Assembly (NCBI GenBank): GCA_947258875.1
Contig: CAMYKB010000015.1
Location: forward strand, 6,607 to 70,606
DNA from: an uncultured Gammaproteobacteria bacterium
GTDB lineage: Bacteria > Pseudomonadota > Gammaproteobacteria > CAMYKB01
Length of the DNA stretch: 64,000 bases
Reading direction: 5' to 3'
The position numbers and the translations under genes are program-made. Of the stretch, positions 16,642 to 25,364 are shown piece after piece; the first letter of the stretch is position 1, and each line of letters begins with the position of its first letter. Under the pieces are notes generated by a model. The model made no database searches, was not told the DNA's origin, and was given only the letters and a program-made list of their open reading frames with translations.

Positions 16642-16816
16642 GGTTTGTGTTATAGATTCTTCGACAAGGGACTTGGACGCATGTTAGCCTTTCCCGCACA
16701 AGAGTGCATCTTGCCGCCTGTGAACGATATGCCTTGCAGGGCGGCGGTCGCTTTGTGGTGCGATTGTTCTGCTATACCTGCGCGTCGTCCAATCAATAAG
16801 GCATTCTCTAATACTA

Positions 16817-17818
16817 ATGAAATCAAACACTAAGCAAAAATCACCTCGTAGCAGGTTTTCTTGCCAGACAGTACCTAACGAGCGGCAAATGCCCGGCATG
16901 GAAGATGATGTGCGTAACGGGCTATTCACGAGACCGCGTAGCCTGCCGTCGAAGTATTTTTATGATGAAAACGGCTCGCAGTTATTCGACCGGATTTGCG
17001 ATACTCCGGAATATTATGTAACGCGCACCGAAGCGGCATTACTGCATGCGCGATCCATCGATATTATCGCTGCCGCCAAACCTGATCACATCATCGAATT
17101 GGGTAGTGGTGTATCCCGTAAGACGCGTTACCTTTTTGATGCCTGTGAGCAACTGGAATTACACGCCCAGTACTGGCCCTACGATGTTTGTGAGCCGATT
17201 CTGCAAAGCACAGCGGAGTCATTGATTGTGGATTATCCCTGGCTGAATGTTAATGCCCTGGTAGGTGACTATCATGCCGGGTTTGCGCACTTGCCATCAC
17301 CTGCGGGGCGTCGCATGTATGTGTTCCTGGGCGGCACCATTGGTAATTTTACCCATGAGGAAACCATCGCCTTTTTGAGGGAGTTGCGCGAACATATGCG
17401 CGAGGGTGATACGCTGTTGCTGGGTGCCGATCGCATCAAGAACATGCAGGTGCTGCACGCCGCCTACAATGATACGGCGGGCATTACTGCGGAATTCAAC
17501 TTAAACGTACTGCGTGTACTCAATCGTGCACTGGGCGCAGATTTCGATGTTTCCGCATTCGAGCATTATGCCTGTTTCAATACCACCGCACGCCAGGTTG
17601 AGATGTACCTGATAGCGACCCGTGCGCAGCAGGTCAGCCTGGGTGCGATGGGGGAAACCCTTGAACTGGCGGAAGCGGAAGCGATCCTCACCGAGATCAG
17701 TCGTAAATTCACCAAAGCTGATTTGCAGGAAATCGTCAGCACGGGCGGCTTTGAAGAGCTTGCGCACTATGAGCCGGATAATGGCTATTTCTCACTGGTG
17801 CTGGTACAGCCAACCTGA
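16817..17818 (+). CDS. egtD: EgtD-like L-histidine N-alpha-methyltransferase
   Basis: DVRNGL....SLPSKYFYDENGSQLFDRICDTPEYYVTRTE, ELGSG.S.KT, FLGGTIGNF: signatures recalled from EgtD. The true start may be the ATG at 16889 or 16898. Confidence 0.75.
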   Translation: MKSNTKQKSPRSRFSCQTVPNERQMPGMEDDVRNGLFTRPRSLPSKYFYDENGSQLFDRICDTPEYYVTRTEAALLHARSIDIIAAAKPDHIIELGSGVSRKTRYLFDACEQLELHAQYWPYDVCEPILQSTAESLIVDYPWLNVNALVGDYHAGFAHLPSPAGRRMYVFLGGTIGNFTHEETIAFLRELREHMREGDTLLLGADRIKNMQVLHAAYNDTAGITAEFNLNVLRVLNRALGADFDVSAFEHYACFNTTARQVEMYLIATRAQQVSLGAMGETLELAEAEAILTEISRKFTKADLQEIVSTGGFEELAHYEPDNGYFSLVLVQPT

Positions 17819-17863
17819 ACTGGGTTTCGCATAGCAGTCATCGATTTCACTCGCTTATGACAA

Positions 17864-17885
17864 TTGTAACTTTGCTGTAACATCG
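17864..17885 (+). promoter_or_regulatory. Pho box upstream of phoB
   Basis: TTGTAAC-tttg-CTGTAAC-atcg: two heptamers with starts 11 bp apart, about 50 nt before the phoB ATG. Recalled consensus CTGTCAT-N4-CTGTCAT. Confidence 0.6.
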
Positions 17886-17932
17886 ATTGGTTTTAATGTT
17901 ACAAATCCATTATTAGAATAGACCCATAGCTT

Positions 17933-18625
17933 ATGAGCGTTGCCAAAATACTGGTCGTTGAGGATGAAGCCGCAATACGCGATATGGTGCGCCTGGCGCT
18001 AGACAAGGCGGGCTTCGAGACGTTGGAGGCTGAGGACACGCACCAGGCCTTGCAGGTCTTTCATGATTCCAGGGTTGATCTGCTCCTGCTTGACTGGATG
18101 TTGCCCGGTCAAAGTGGGCTTGAACTAGCGAGACGCCTGCAGCGTGAGGATCGTACCCGGGAAATTCCTATTATCATGCTTACCGCGCGCGTCGAGGAAA
18201 ATGACAAGGTCCTGGGGCTGGAGGCAGGTGCTGATGACTATATCACCAAGCCTTTCTCGCCACGTGAACTGGTTGCCCGTATCAAGGCCCTGCTGCGGCG
18301 TTCCCGTCCGCAAGCGGCCGAATCGCCGGTTCAGGTGGAGAACCTGATGTTGGATCCCGGAAGTCACCGCGTCAGCATCAACGATCACGCCGTAACTATG
18401 GGACCTACCGAGTTCCGCCTGTTACACTTCCTCATGACACACCAGAATCGGGTTTACAGCCGTGGTCAGTTGCTCGATCAGGTCTGGGGCCATAACAGTT
18501 TTGTTGAGGAGCGTACCGTCGATGTGCATGTGTTACGTTTGCGCAAGGCGCTGAGCAAAGATGGTTATGATCGTTATATACAAACCGTACGAGGCGCGGG
18601 TTACCGCTTCTCGGTGCAGGAATAA
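17933..18625 (+). CDS. phoB: phosphate regulon response regulator PhoB
   Basis: REC domain ([22 protein letters not shown]) plus OmpR/PhoB winged helix ([24 protein letters not shown]). Followed by phoR. Confidence 0.9.
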   Translation: MSVAKILVVEDEAAIRDMVRLALDKAGFETLEAEDTHQALQVFHDSRVDLLLLDWMLPGQSGLELARRLQREDRTREIPIIMLTARVEENDKVLGLEAGADDYITKPFSPRELVARIKALLRRSRPQAAESPVQVENLMLDPGSHRVSINDHAVTMGPTEFRLLHFLMTHQNRVYSRGQLLDQVWGHNSFVEERTVDVHVLRLRKALSKDGYDRYIQTVRGAGYRFSVQE

Positions 18626-18631
18626 ACCCGC

Positions 18632-19954
18632 TTGAAGCCGTGGTCCGTAGAAATCTGGCGCCTCGGCCTGCTGCTGATTCTGGCGCTGTTCATAGGCTCG
18701 CTTATCGGCCATACCGGCTGGGCGATATCCATTGCACTTGCGGCCTACCTGCTCTTGCATTTTCGCCAACTCTACCGCTTGAATACCTGGCTACTCAGCG
18801 GCCGACGTGCTGATGTGCCTGAGGCTGGCGGTGTCTGGGGGGATGTTTTCTATGCCTTCCAGCGCCTCGAGAAGAGTAAGCAAAAACGCAAGAAGAAACT
18901 GGCGTCCATGTTGTCGCGTTTTCAGGAATCGACTTCAGCGTTGCCGGACGGCACGATCGTCATCAGCCCCTACGGCGAAATCGAGTGGATCAATACTGCC
19001 GCAAAGCGTTTGCTTGGTTTAAGTTCGAACAAGGATGTCGGTAGGCGTATCAGTCAATTGATCCGGCATCCGGACTTTATTCAATACCTCTCTGCGGGTG
19101 ACTATGGCTTACCGATACAGATAGATTCACCCATCGATGAACGTATGCGTCTCAGTATCCACATCGTGCCATATGGCAAGAATCAGAGGTTGCTGGTGAT
19201 TCGAGATGTTACCCGTTTACATCAGCTTGAATCCATGCGGCGTGATTTTGTTGCCAACGTGTCGCATGAATTGCGTACTCCGCTGACTGTAATCACCGGT
19301 TACCTGGAGATGCTGGGGGATGACATGTTGCAGGCCTCGGAAGATACCCGCAAGACCGTTGCAGAAATGCAGGACCAGACACAACGTATGAGAAATATCG
19401 TTGAGGACCTGTTATTGCTATCGCGCCTAGAAACAGACAAAACGTCAAATGACGATCAATCACTGGTTCCTGTTCCGGCATTACTCGCGGACATCCAGGC
19501 CGAAGCTAAAATGCTGAGCCCGGAATCCCGGCATCAATTTGTTTGTGAAGCAGATAATCACCTGTGGCTGCGCGGCAATTCCAAGGAGCTTTACAGTGCG
19601 TTCATGAACCTGGTGAGTAATGCGGTGCGTTATTCGCCTGAGGGTGGAGAAATTTACATGCGATGGTATGCGGACGAAGCGGGTGCGCATTTTATGGTCG
19701 AGGATCACGGGGTTGGCATAGAGCCGCAGTATATCCCCAGACTCACCGAGCGTTTCTATCGTGTTGACAAGGACCGCTCACGTTCCAGTGGCGGTACTGG
19801 TCTGGGTCTCGCGATCGTCAAGCATGTGATGCAGCGACATGATGCTGATCTGAGTATCGAGAGTGAACTTGGCAAAGGCAGCCGCTTTGCCTGCCATTTC
19901 AGAAAAGAACGCGTAGTGGACCGACCACCGGCCGTGAACGTCGCAAGTGCCTGA
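18632..19954 (+). CDS. phoR: phosphate regulon sensor histidine kinase PhoR
   Basis: TM hairpin, PAS-like region, H-box FVANVSHELRTPLTVI, N/G boxes (NLVSNAVRYSP, VEDHGVGI, GGTGLGLAIVKHV). TTG start 7 nt after the phoB stop. Confidence 0.9.
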   Translation: MKPWSVEIWRLGLLLILALFIGSLIGHTGWAISIALAAYLLLHFRQLYRLNTWLLSGRRADVPEAGGVWGDVFYAFQRLEKSKQKRKKKLASMLSRFQESTSALPDGTIVISPYGEIEWINTAAKRLLGLSSNKDVGRRISQLIRHPDFIQYLSAGDYGLPIQIDSPIDERMRLSIHIVPYGKNQRLLVIRDVTRLHQLESMRRDFVANVSHELRTPLTVITGYLEMLGDDMLQASEDTRKTVAEMQDQTQRMRNIVEDLLLLSRLETDKTSNDDQSLVPVPALLADIQAEAKMLSPESRHQFVCEADNHLWLRGNSKELYSAFMNLVSNAVRYSPEGGEIYMRWYADEAGAHFMVEDHGVGIEPQYIPRLTERFYRVDKDRSRSSGGTGLGLAIVKHVMQRHDADLSIESELGKGSRFACHFRKERVVDRPPAVNVASA

Positions 19955-20072
19955 CGCTGGATAGCTTGCTGTTTGTCTTTTTCAGCTGCATCAATACCCT
20001 TTTACTGGAAATACATTTCCGAACCAGAAGATCCATAATTTTATAAAAATTAGAGGCTTACTGCGCTCCAGC

Positions 20073-20112
20073 CTGTAACAAAAGCTTCACATAACAGTCA
20101 CCTACCTGTCAT
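20073..20112 (+). promoter_or_regulatory. array of four 11-bp-phased Pho-box heptamers upstream of pstS
   Basis: CTGTAAC (20073), GCTTCAC (20084), CAGTCAC (20095), CTGTCAT (20106). TAATCT -10-like hexamer at 20118. pstS ATG at 20172. Confidence 0.7.
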
Positions 20113-20171
20113 ATAGCTAATCTAAAGTAGCAGCGATGATTAATACATGTGGTTTATCCTGGAGGTCGTAA

Positions 20172-21149
20172 ATGAAACCAATGAAAATTCTTGCCGCTGC
20201 GAGTGTCGTTGCAGCAGCGCTTGGCATGAATCCCGCGCTTAAAGCAGCCGAAGTGGATCCTGAACTTACGGTCTATGTTAAGGCCAGTGGTGTATCCGGT
20301 AATCTTTCCAGTGTCGGTTCGGATACCCTGGCGAACCTGATGACGTTATGGGCTGAGGAATTCAAGCGTGAGTATCCTAATGTGAATATTCAGATCCAGG
20401 CGGCCGGTTCATCGACTGCGCCTCCGGCACTGACGGAAGGCACCTCGAACCTGGGGCCCATGAGCCGCAAGATGAAAAGTAAGGAGACTGAGTCGTTCGA
20501 AGCCAAGTTTGGCTACAAACCGACTCCTGTGCGTGTCGCGATAGATGCGCTCGCAGTCTATGTACACAAGGATAATCCAGTTAAGGGCTTGAGTATCCCG
20601 CAGGTTGATGCCATTTTTTCATCTACTCGAAAATGTGGTCATGACAAGGATGTGACGCGTTGGAGTGGTCTCGGCCTGAGCGGTGGCCTCGCCAACCAGG
20701 ACATCCAGTTGTATGGGCGTAATTCGGTATCAGGTACCTATGGGTATTTCAAGAAGAAGGCGTTGTGTAAGGGCGACTATAAAAACAATGTAAATGAACA
20801 GCCTGGTTCCGCTTCAGTCGTGCAGTCGGTGTCGACGTCATTGAATGCCATGGGCTACTCAGGTATTGGGTATAAAACCACAGGCGTCAAGGCGGTGCCG
20901 CTAACCAAGAAGCCGGGTACAGACTTCGTTGAAGCGAGCGCTGAGAATGCCATCAATGGAAGCTACCCTTTGTCACGATTCCTGTATGTCTACGTGAACA
21001 AGCACCCCAATAAACCGCTGTCACCGCTGCTGCGTGAATTCCTGAAACTGGTGCTTTCCAAACAAGGTCAGGAAGTGGTCGTAAAGGACGGTTATATTCC
21101 GCTTCCCAAGAAGGTTGCTGACGAAGAACTGGCAAAGTTGATTAAGTAA
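20172..21149 (+). CDS. pstS: phosphate ABC transporter substrate-binding protein (PstS family)
   Basis: Signal peptide, then GSDT.ANLM..WAEEF...YP.V.I.I...GS.T. SR.MK..E, NG.YPLSR.LY.YVNK: PBP-like-2/PstS pattern. Confidence 0.85.
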   Translation: MKPMKILAAASVVAAALGMNPALKAAEVDPELTVYVKASGVSGNLSSVGSDTLANLMTLWAEEFKREYPNVNIQIQAAGSSTAPPALTEGTSNLGPMSRKMKSKETESFEAKFGYKPTPVRVAIDALAVYVHKDNPVKGLSIPQVDAIFSSTRKCGHDKDVTRWSGLGLSGGLANQDIQLYGRNSVSGTYGYFKKKALCKGDYKNNVNEQPGSASVVQSVSTSLNAMGYSGIGYKTTGVKAVPLTKKPGTDFVEASAENAINGSYPLSRFLYVYVNKHPNKPLSPLLREFLKLVLSKQGQEVVVKDGYIPLPKKVADEELAKLIK

Positions 21150-21202
21150 TAGCATGACTCAGCCAACTGCTTGCTCCTAGTAAGCGACTCGTCAACAGTA
21201 TG

Positions 21203-21229
21203 AACGCCCCGCAATGCGGGGCGTTTTTA
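21203..21229 (+). terminator. rho-independent terminator after pstS
   Basis: aacgccccgc-aat-gcggggcgtt followed by TTT. Confidence 0.8.
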
Positions 21230-21276
21230 TGTATGGATGACGTGACCTCGGGATGAACATCGACTATGGTCTGTCT

Positions 21277-21783
21277 ATGAAGTTATTGTTTATCAGACAT
21301 GCGCGCGCCGAAGATCCCGATGTGTTTGCGGCGGCGGGACTGACGGATGATCAGCGGCCACTGACCGATGATGGGCGAGCCCGTATGAGTAAGGCGGTGC
21401 AGGGCATTCGTTTATTGGTCCCTGAAATCACTGTGGTTGCAAGCAGCCCCTACCTGCGTGCCGTGCAAACGGCCGAAATCCTGACGAGTGTTTATCCGGG
21501 ACATGAAGTGATGCCCAGTGATGCGTTGACGCCGGGTAGCACACCACAAGGCTTGTGGGCCTGGTTACCAACATTGCAACAGGAAAGTGTTATCACATTG
21601 GTGGGGCATGAACCTAATCTTTCCCGTACCATCAGCTGGCTGATCACTAAGCAGGCTGGGGCTTGTGTCAAAATGAAAAAGGGCGCGGCCTGCCTGCTTG
21701 ATTTCCCGTTTGGACAACAACCGGGTAGTGCGCAGGTCCAATGGCTTATGACGGCATCTCAGCTGGGCCAGTTAGCGCGCTGA
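21277..21783 (+). CDS. sixA: SixA-like phosphohistidine phosphatase (histidine phosphatase superfamily, branch 1)
   Basis: MKLLFIRHARAE (RHG-type motif), PLTDDGR, ASSPYLRAVQTAEIL, LVGHEPNLS: pattern recalled from SixA. Confidence 0.7.
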   Translation: MKLLFIRHARAEDPDVFAAAGLTDDQRPLTDDGRARMSKAVQGIRLLVPEITVVASSPYLRAVQTAEILTSVYPGHEVMPSDALTPGSTPQGLWAWLPTLQQESVITLVGHEPNLSRTISWLITKQAGACVKMKKGAACLLDFPFGQQPGSAQVQWLMTASQLGQLAR

Positions 21784-21842
21784 CGCTTGTAGAATCGGTT
21801 ATGATGTGCTCTGAATCGTAACTATCACAAATTTCATTGCTC

Positions 21843-23339
21843 ATGTTAAAGAGAAAACCGCCGGATACGGTTGCAGCAATCGATCTGGGTTCAAATAGTT
21901 TTCATATGATTGTTGCGCAAATCAAGGATGGTCATGTGCATGTTCTCGATAAGCTCAAGGAGACCATACGTATGGCCGATGGCCTGGATAAGCACAATAT
22001 CATCACGGAGGATGCCAGGGCGCGCGCCTTAGATTGTCTGTCACGTTTTGGCCAGCGCCTGCGTGGTATGCCGCGTGGCAGTGTGCGTGTTGTAGGCACC
22101 AATACCTTACGCAGAGCGCGTAATGCATCGGCATTTATTTATGAGGCACAGGAGGTGCTTGGTCATCCAATTGACATTATCAGTGGCCGTGAAGAGGCGC
22201 GTCTCATATACCTCGGTGTCTCGCATACCTGGGCAGATGTTGATGTGCGCAGGCTGGTTGTCGATATCGGAGGAGGTAGTACGGAATTAATCATCGGGGA
22301 GCATTTTGAACCAACTCATATGGAAAGTTTGCACATGGGTTGCGTGAGTATGACGCGGAGCTATTTCGCTGACGGCATAATTACTGAGAACGCCTGGCAA
22401 GATGCTTACACAGCAGCGCGACTGGAATTGAGACCAATTGCAAAACTCTACCGCGATGTCGGTTGGGGGGCCGCGGTGGGCGCTTCCGGTACCATTCTTA
22501 CGGTTGCCAGGATCGTGAATATGATGGGTTGGAGCGACGCAGGTATCACTGCGGAGTCATTGCAAAAATTGCGAAAGGCCATGTTGCGTGCAGGGGCGGT
22601 CAAAAAGCTCGAACTGCAAGGTCTCAGCAAGGATCGTGCGGAGATTATGGCAGGTGGTGTCGTGGTGTTGGAGGCCGTGTTCGAACGGCTCAGGATTGAG
22701 CGCATGTCGATATCCGATGGTGCGGTGCGTGAGGGTTTGATCTATGACCTTGTGGGCCGTATCCGGCATGAAGACGTCCGTCGGCGAACAATTGATGCGC
22801 TGATGCAGCGCTATCATGTGGATGCTGCTCATGCCACGCGTGTAGAAGCAACGGCATTGCGCCTTTTCGATATGGTGGCAAACGACTGGGGTTTGGATGA
22901 AGATCATGCGGACCTATTGAGTTGGGCGACGCGATTGCATGAAGTAGGTCTGGCGATCGCGCACAGTCAATACCACAAACATGGCGCCTATCTGCTCAGA
23001 AATGCGGATTTGCCGGGTTTTTCACGCCAGGAGCAGCGCATGCTGGCAACACTAGTACGCGCGCATCGGCGTAAATTCCCGATCGAAGAATTTGAACAAC
23101 TACCTGATACGATTCAGCGAGAACATGTTATCAGACTTGCTGTCGTATTGCGTTTGGCGATATTGCTCAATCGTGGCCGTCAGCAGGAGCATGTCAGGAT
23201 TAACAGTATTGAAGTGAGTGACACAGGATTGAAATTGGACATTGATGCGGATGTCTTAGAGAGTCATCCATTGACGCACGCAGACCTTGAGAATGAGCGT
23301 AATTATTTAAAAGTGAGTAAAATAAAACTCAAATTTTAG
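21843..23339 (+). CDS. ppx: exopolyphosphatase (Ppx/GppA family)
   Basis: AAIDLGSNSFHMIVA, VGTNTLR.A.N, ISG.EEARLIYLGV, DIGGGSTE, then a C-terminal HD-like region (LHEVGLAIAHSQYHKHGAYLL). Confidence 0.9.
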   Translation: MLKRKPPDTVAAIDLGSNSFHMIVAQIKDGHVHVLDKLKETIRMADGLDKHNIITEDARARALDCLSRFGQRLRGMPRGSVRVVGTNTLRRARNASAFIYEAQEVLGHPIDIISGREEARLIYLGVSHTWADVDVRRLVVDIGGGSTELIIGEHFEPTHMESLHMGCVSMTRSYFADGIITENAWQDAYTAARLELRPIAKLYRDVGWGAAVGASGTILTVARIVNMMGWSDAGITAESLQKLRKAMLRAGAVKKLELQGLSKDRAEIMAGGVVVLEAVFERLRIERMSISDGAVREGLIYDLVGRIRHEDVRRRTIDALMQRYHVDAAHATRVEATALRLFDMVANDWGLDEDHADLLSWATRLHEVGLAIAHSQYHKHGAYLLRNADLPGFSRQEQRMLATLVRAHRRKFPIEEFEQLPDTIQREHVIRLAVVLRLAILLNRGRQQEHVRINSIEVSDTGLKLDIDADVLESHPLTHADLENERNYLKVSKIKLKF

Positions 23340-23387
23340 CGCAACACTTCAGCTCAACTGGTAGTACACATGCTGTATCTGGATGTC

Positions 23388-24419
23388 TTAGCTGGAAGCA
23401 CTATCGGCGACTGCATTGCTGATAATGCATGAACTGAGGTGTGAAAGAAACTGCTCGGTGGCCGCCTCCCATGAATGCGCTACGGCATAGGCCCGGGGAT
23501 GGTGGCTGTCGAGTTTCAATGCGGCCAGCGCCGCTTCTTGCAGGTCATCATCCAGTATCCCTGTTTTGCCTCTCACGACTACATCGATAGGCCCAGTCAC
23601 GGGATAAGCGGCGACCGGTACGCCACAGGCCATTGCCTCCAGTAATACCAGCCCAAAGGTATCTGTGCGGCTGGGGAAAACAAACACATCTGCAGCAGCC
23701 AGGTGTCGGGCCAGGTCCTCGCCTTGTTTAAAGCCGGTAAAATGGATCTGCGGATATTTTCTCTTAAGGGCATCCAGGTCGGGGCCATCTCCAATCACGA
23801 CCTTGCTGCCGGGTAGTTCCATCTCCAGAAAATCCCCAATATTTTTTTCAACAGCCACCCGTCCCATATACATGAAAACCGGCCGCGGGTGCTGGATCAG
23901 TTCTTTGCCATAAGGCCTGAAGAGTTGAGTATCGACGCCGCGTGTCCAGATGACCACATTATTAAAATTCCAGGAAATGAGTTCATCGAGTTGCTTCGGA
24001 GTAGGCACCATGGTGCATTTGGCGGCAGAGTGGAACCAGCGCAAGAAGGCGTAGGTCACACCCAGTGGTATGGGGGCGCGTAAGCGTACGTAATATGGAA
24101 ACTGTGTGTGATACGAGGTCGTGAATCCCAGCTGATTTTGTTTACAGTACTTGCGTGCTGCCAGACCTATCGGTCCCTCCGTAGCGATATGTATCGCATC
24201 AGGTTTAAAGTCATCGAGCAGGCGCCATACTTTACCCTTAGGCCATATGGCGATGCGTATACTGGGATATGTGGGTAACGGGAATGTTTTAAATGATTCC
24301 GGCGTGATAAATAAAACGCTGTGCCCCAATGATTCGAGTATCTCGCCGGTTTTTATCAGAGTATTGACGACACCATTGATTTGCGGTTTCCAGGCATCCG
24401 TCGCGATGGCAATCTTCAT
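23388..24419 (-). CDS. GT4-family glycosyltransferase, candidate Agt-type glycolipid synthase
   Basis: MKIAIATDAW.PQINGVV.T, GRVAVEKN, FVFPSRTDTFGLVLLEAMACG.PV (E-x7-E region). 4-bp overlap with the upstream metallophosphoesterase gene. Confidence 0.7.
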   Translation of the reverse strand: MKIAIATDAWKPQINGVVNTLIKTGEILESLGHSVLFITPESFKTFPLPTYPSIRIAIWPKGKVWRLLDDFKPDAIHIATEGPIGLAARKYCKQNQLGFTTSYHTQFPYYVRLRAPIPLGVTYAFLRWFHSAAKCTMVPTPKQLDELISWNFNNVVIWTRGVDTQLFRPYGKELIQHPRPVFMYMGRVAVEKNIGDFLEMELPGSKVVIGDGPDLDALKRKYPQIHFTGFKQGEDLARHLAAADVFVFPSRTDTFGLVLLEAMACGVPVAAYPVTGPIDVVVRGKTGILDDDLQEAALAALKLDSHHPRAYAVAHSWEAATEQFLSHLSSCIISNAVADSASS

Positions 24420-25243
24420 GCAATCTTCTCGTCGGCGTCAAAATAAGTAACGGTTGATGATTTGATGGTATGTTTTTCGTCGGCCCAGTGTATGAGTTGT
24501 AATGAGCCATCATGCGCTTCCGTGAGCGCGGTACAGCTTTCAACCCAATCACCGTCGTTGCAATATAATATGCCATTGATGTCCCTGATCTCGGCATGGT
24601 GGATATGCCCGCAGACCAGGCCATCGACATTTTCCTGGGCAGCCTGATAGGCGACGGCCTGCTCAAAATCACTGATCACATTAACAGCGTTCTTGACTTT
24701 GTGTTTGAGGTAGGCAGCCAGTGACCAGTAGGGACGATTGAACTTGCGTCGGCAATAGTTAACGTAATGGTTTAATTTGAGCAGCAGGTTATAGGCATGA
24801 TCACCGAGGTGGGCGAGGAATTTGCTGTAGCGTATGACATTGTCAAATTCATCGCCGTGTAATATTAGTAACTTGCGCCCATCGGCTGTTGTATGGAAGG
24901 CCTTGCAGCAAATCGTAACATTACCGAAGGTCATGCCGTCATACTCGCGGAAGGGGTGGTCGTGATTGCCAGGAATGTATACTACCTTGGTATTGTGCTT
25001 GGCCTTGCCGAGTATCGTGCGAATCACATTGTTGTGGGCCTGTGGCCAATACAGGCCTCGTTTCATCGCCCACATGTCAATGATATCGCCTACCAGATAC
25101 AGGTGTTCACATTCGGTGGATCTGAGGAAATCTAGGAGAAAATCAGCCTTGCAACCCTTGGAACCGAGGTGGATGTCGGAAAGCCAAATGCTGCGATACT
25201 TCAGTGGGTTCACCCGGTGTATGTCTGCCATACGCAACACCAA
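24416..25243 (-). CDS. LpxH-like metallophosphoesterase, candidate PlcP-type phospholipase C
   Basis: Metallophosphoesterase motifs SDIHLG, LVGDIIDMW, IPGNHDH, ILHGDEFD, CGHIHH. It has GNHD rather than the GNRD I recall for true LpxH. Operonic with a GT4 gene, as in plcP-agt pairs. Confidence 0.6.
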   Translation of the reverse strand: MVLRMADIHRVNPLKYRSIWLSDIHLGSKGCKADFLLDFLRSTECEHLYLVGDIIDMWAMKRGLYWPQAHNNVIRTILGKAKHNTKVVYIPGNHDHPFREYDGMTFGNVTICCKAFHTTADGRKLLILHGDEFDNVIRYSKFLAHLGDHAYNLLLKLNHYVNYCRRKFNRPYWSLAAYLKHKVKNAVNVISDFEQAVAYQAAQENVDGLVCGHIHHAEIRDINGILYCNDGDWVESCTALTEAHDGSLQLIHWADEKHTIKSSTVTYFDADEKIA

Positions 25244-25303
25244 TATGTTGTGGTATGGCCGGAGTCTGCGGGTTGTGTGTTACGTCAACGTTAAGATTAT
25301 TTT

Positions 25304-25343
25304 TATTTTTTATGACAATATGAAAATGTGAGGATCATTCAGC
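25304..25343 (-). promoter_or_regulatory. candidate Pho-regulated promoter of the plcP/agt-like operon (weak)
   Basis: Minus strand reads CTCACAT-tttcata-TTGTCAT-N12-TAATCT. The same heptamer-then-TAATCT arrangement is seen at pstC (N10) and pstS (N5). The second heptamer is out of the 11-bp phase. Confidence 0.3.
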
Positions 25344-25364
25344 GCTGATTTGTTAAGGATTGGT

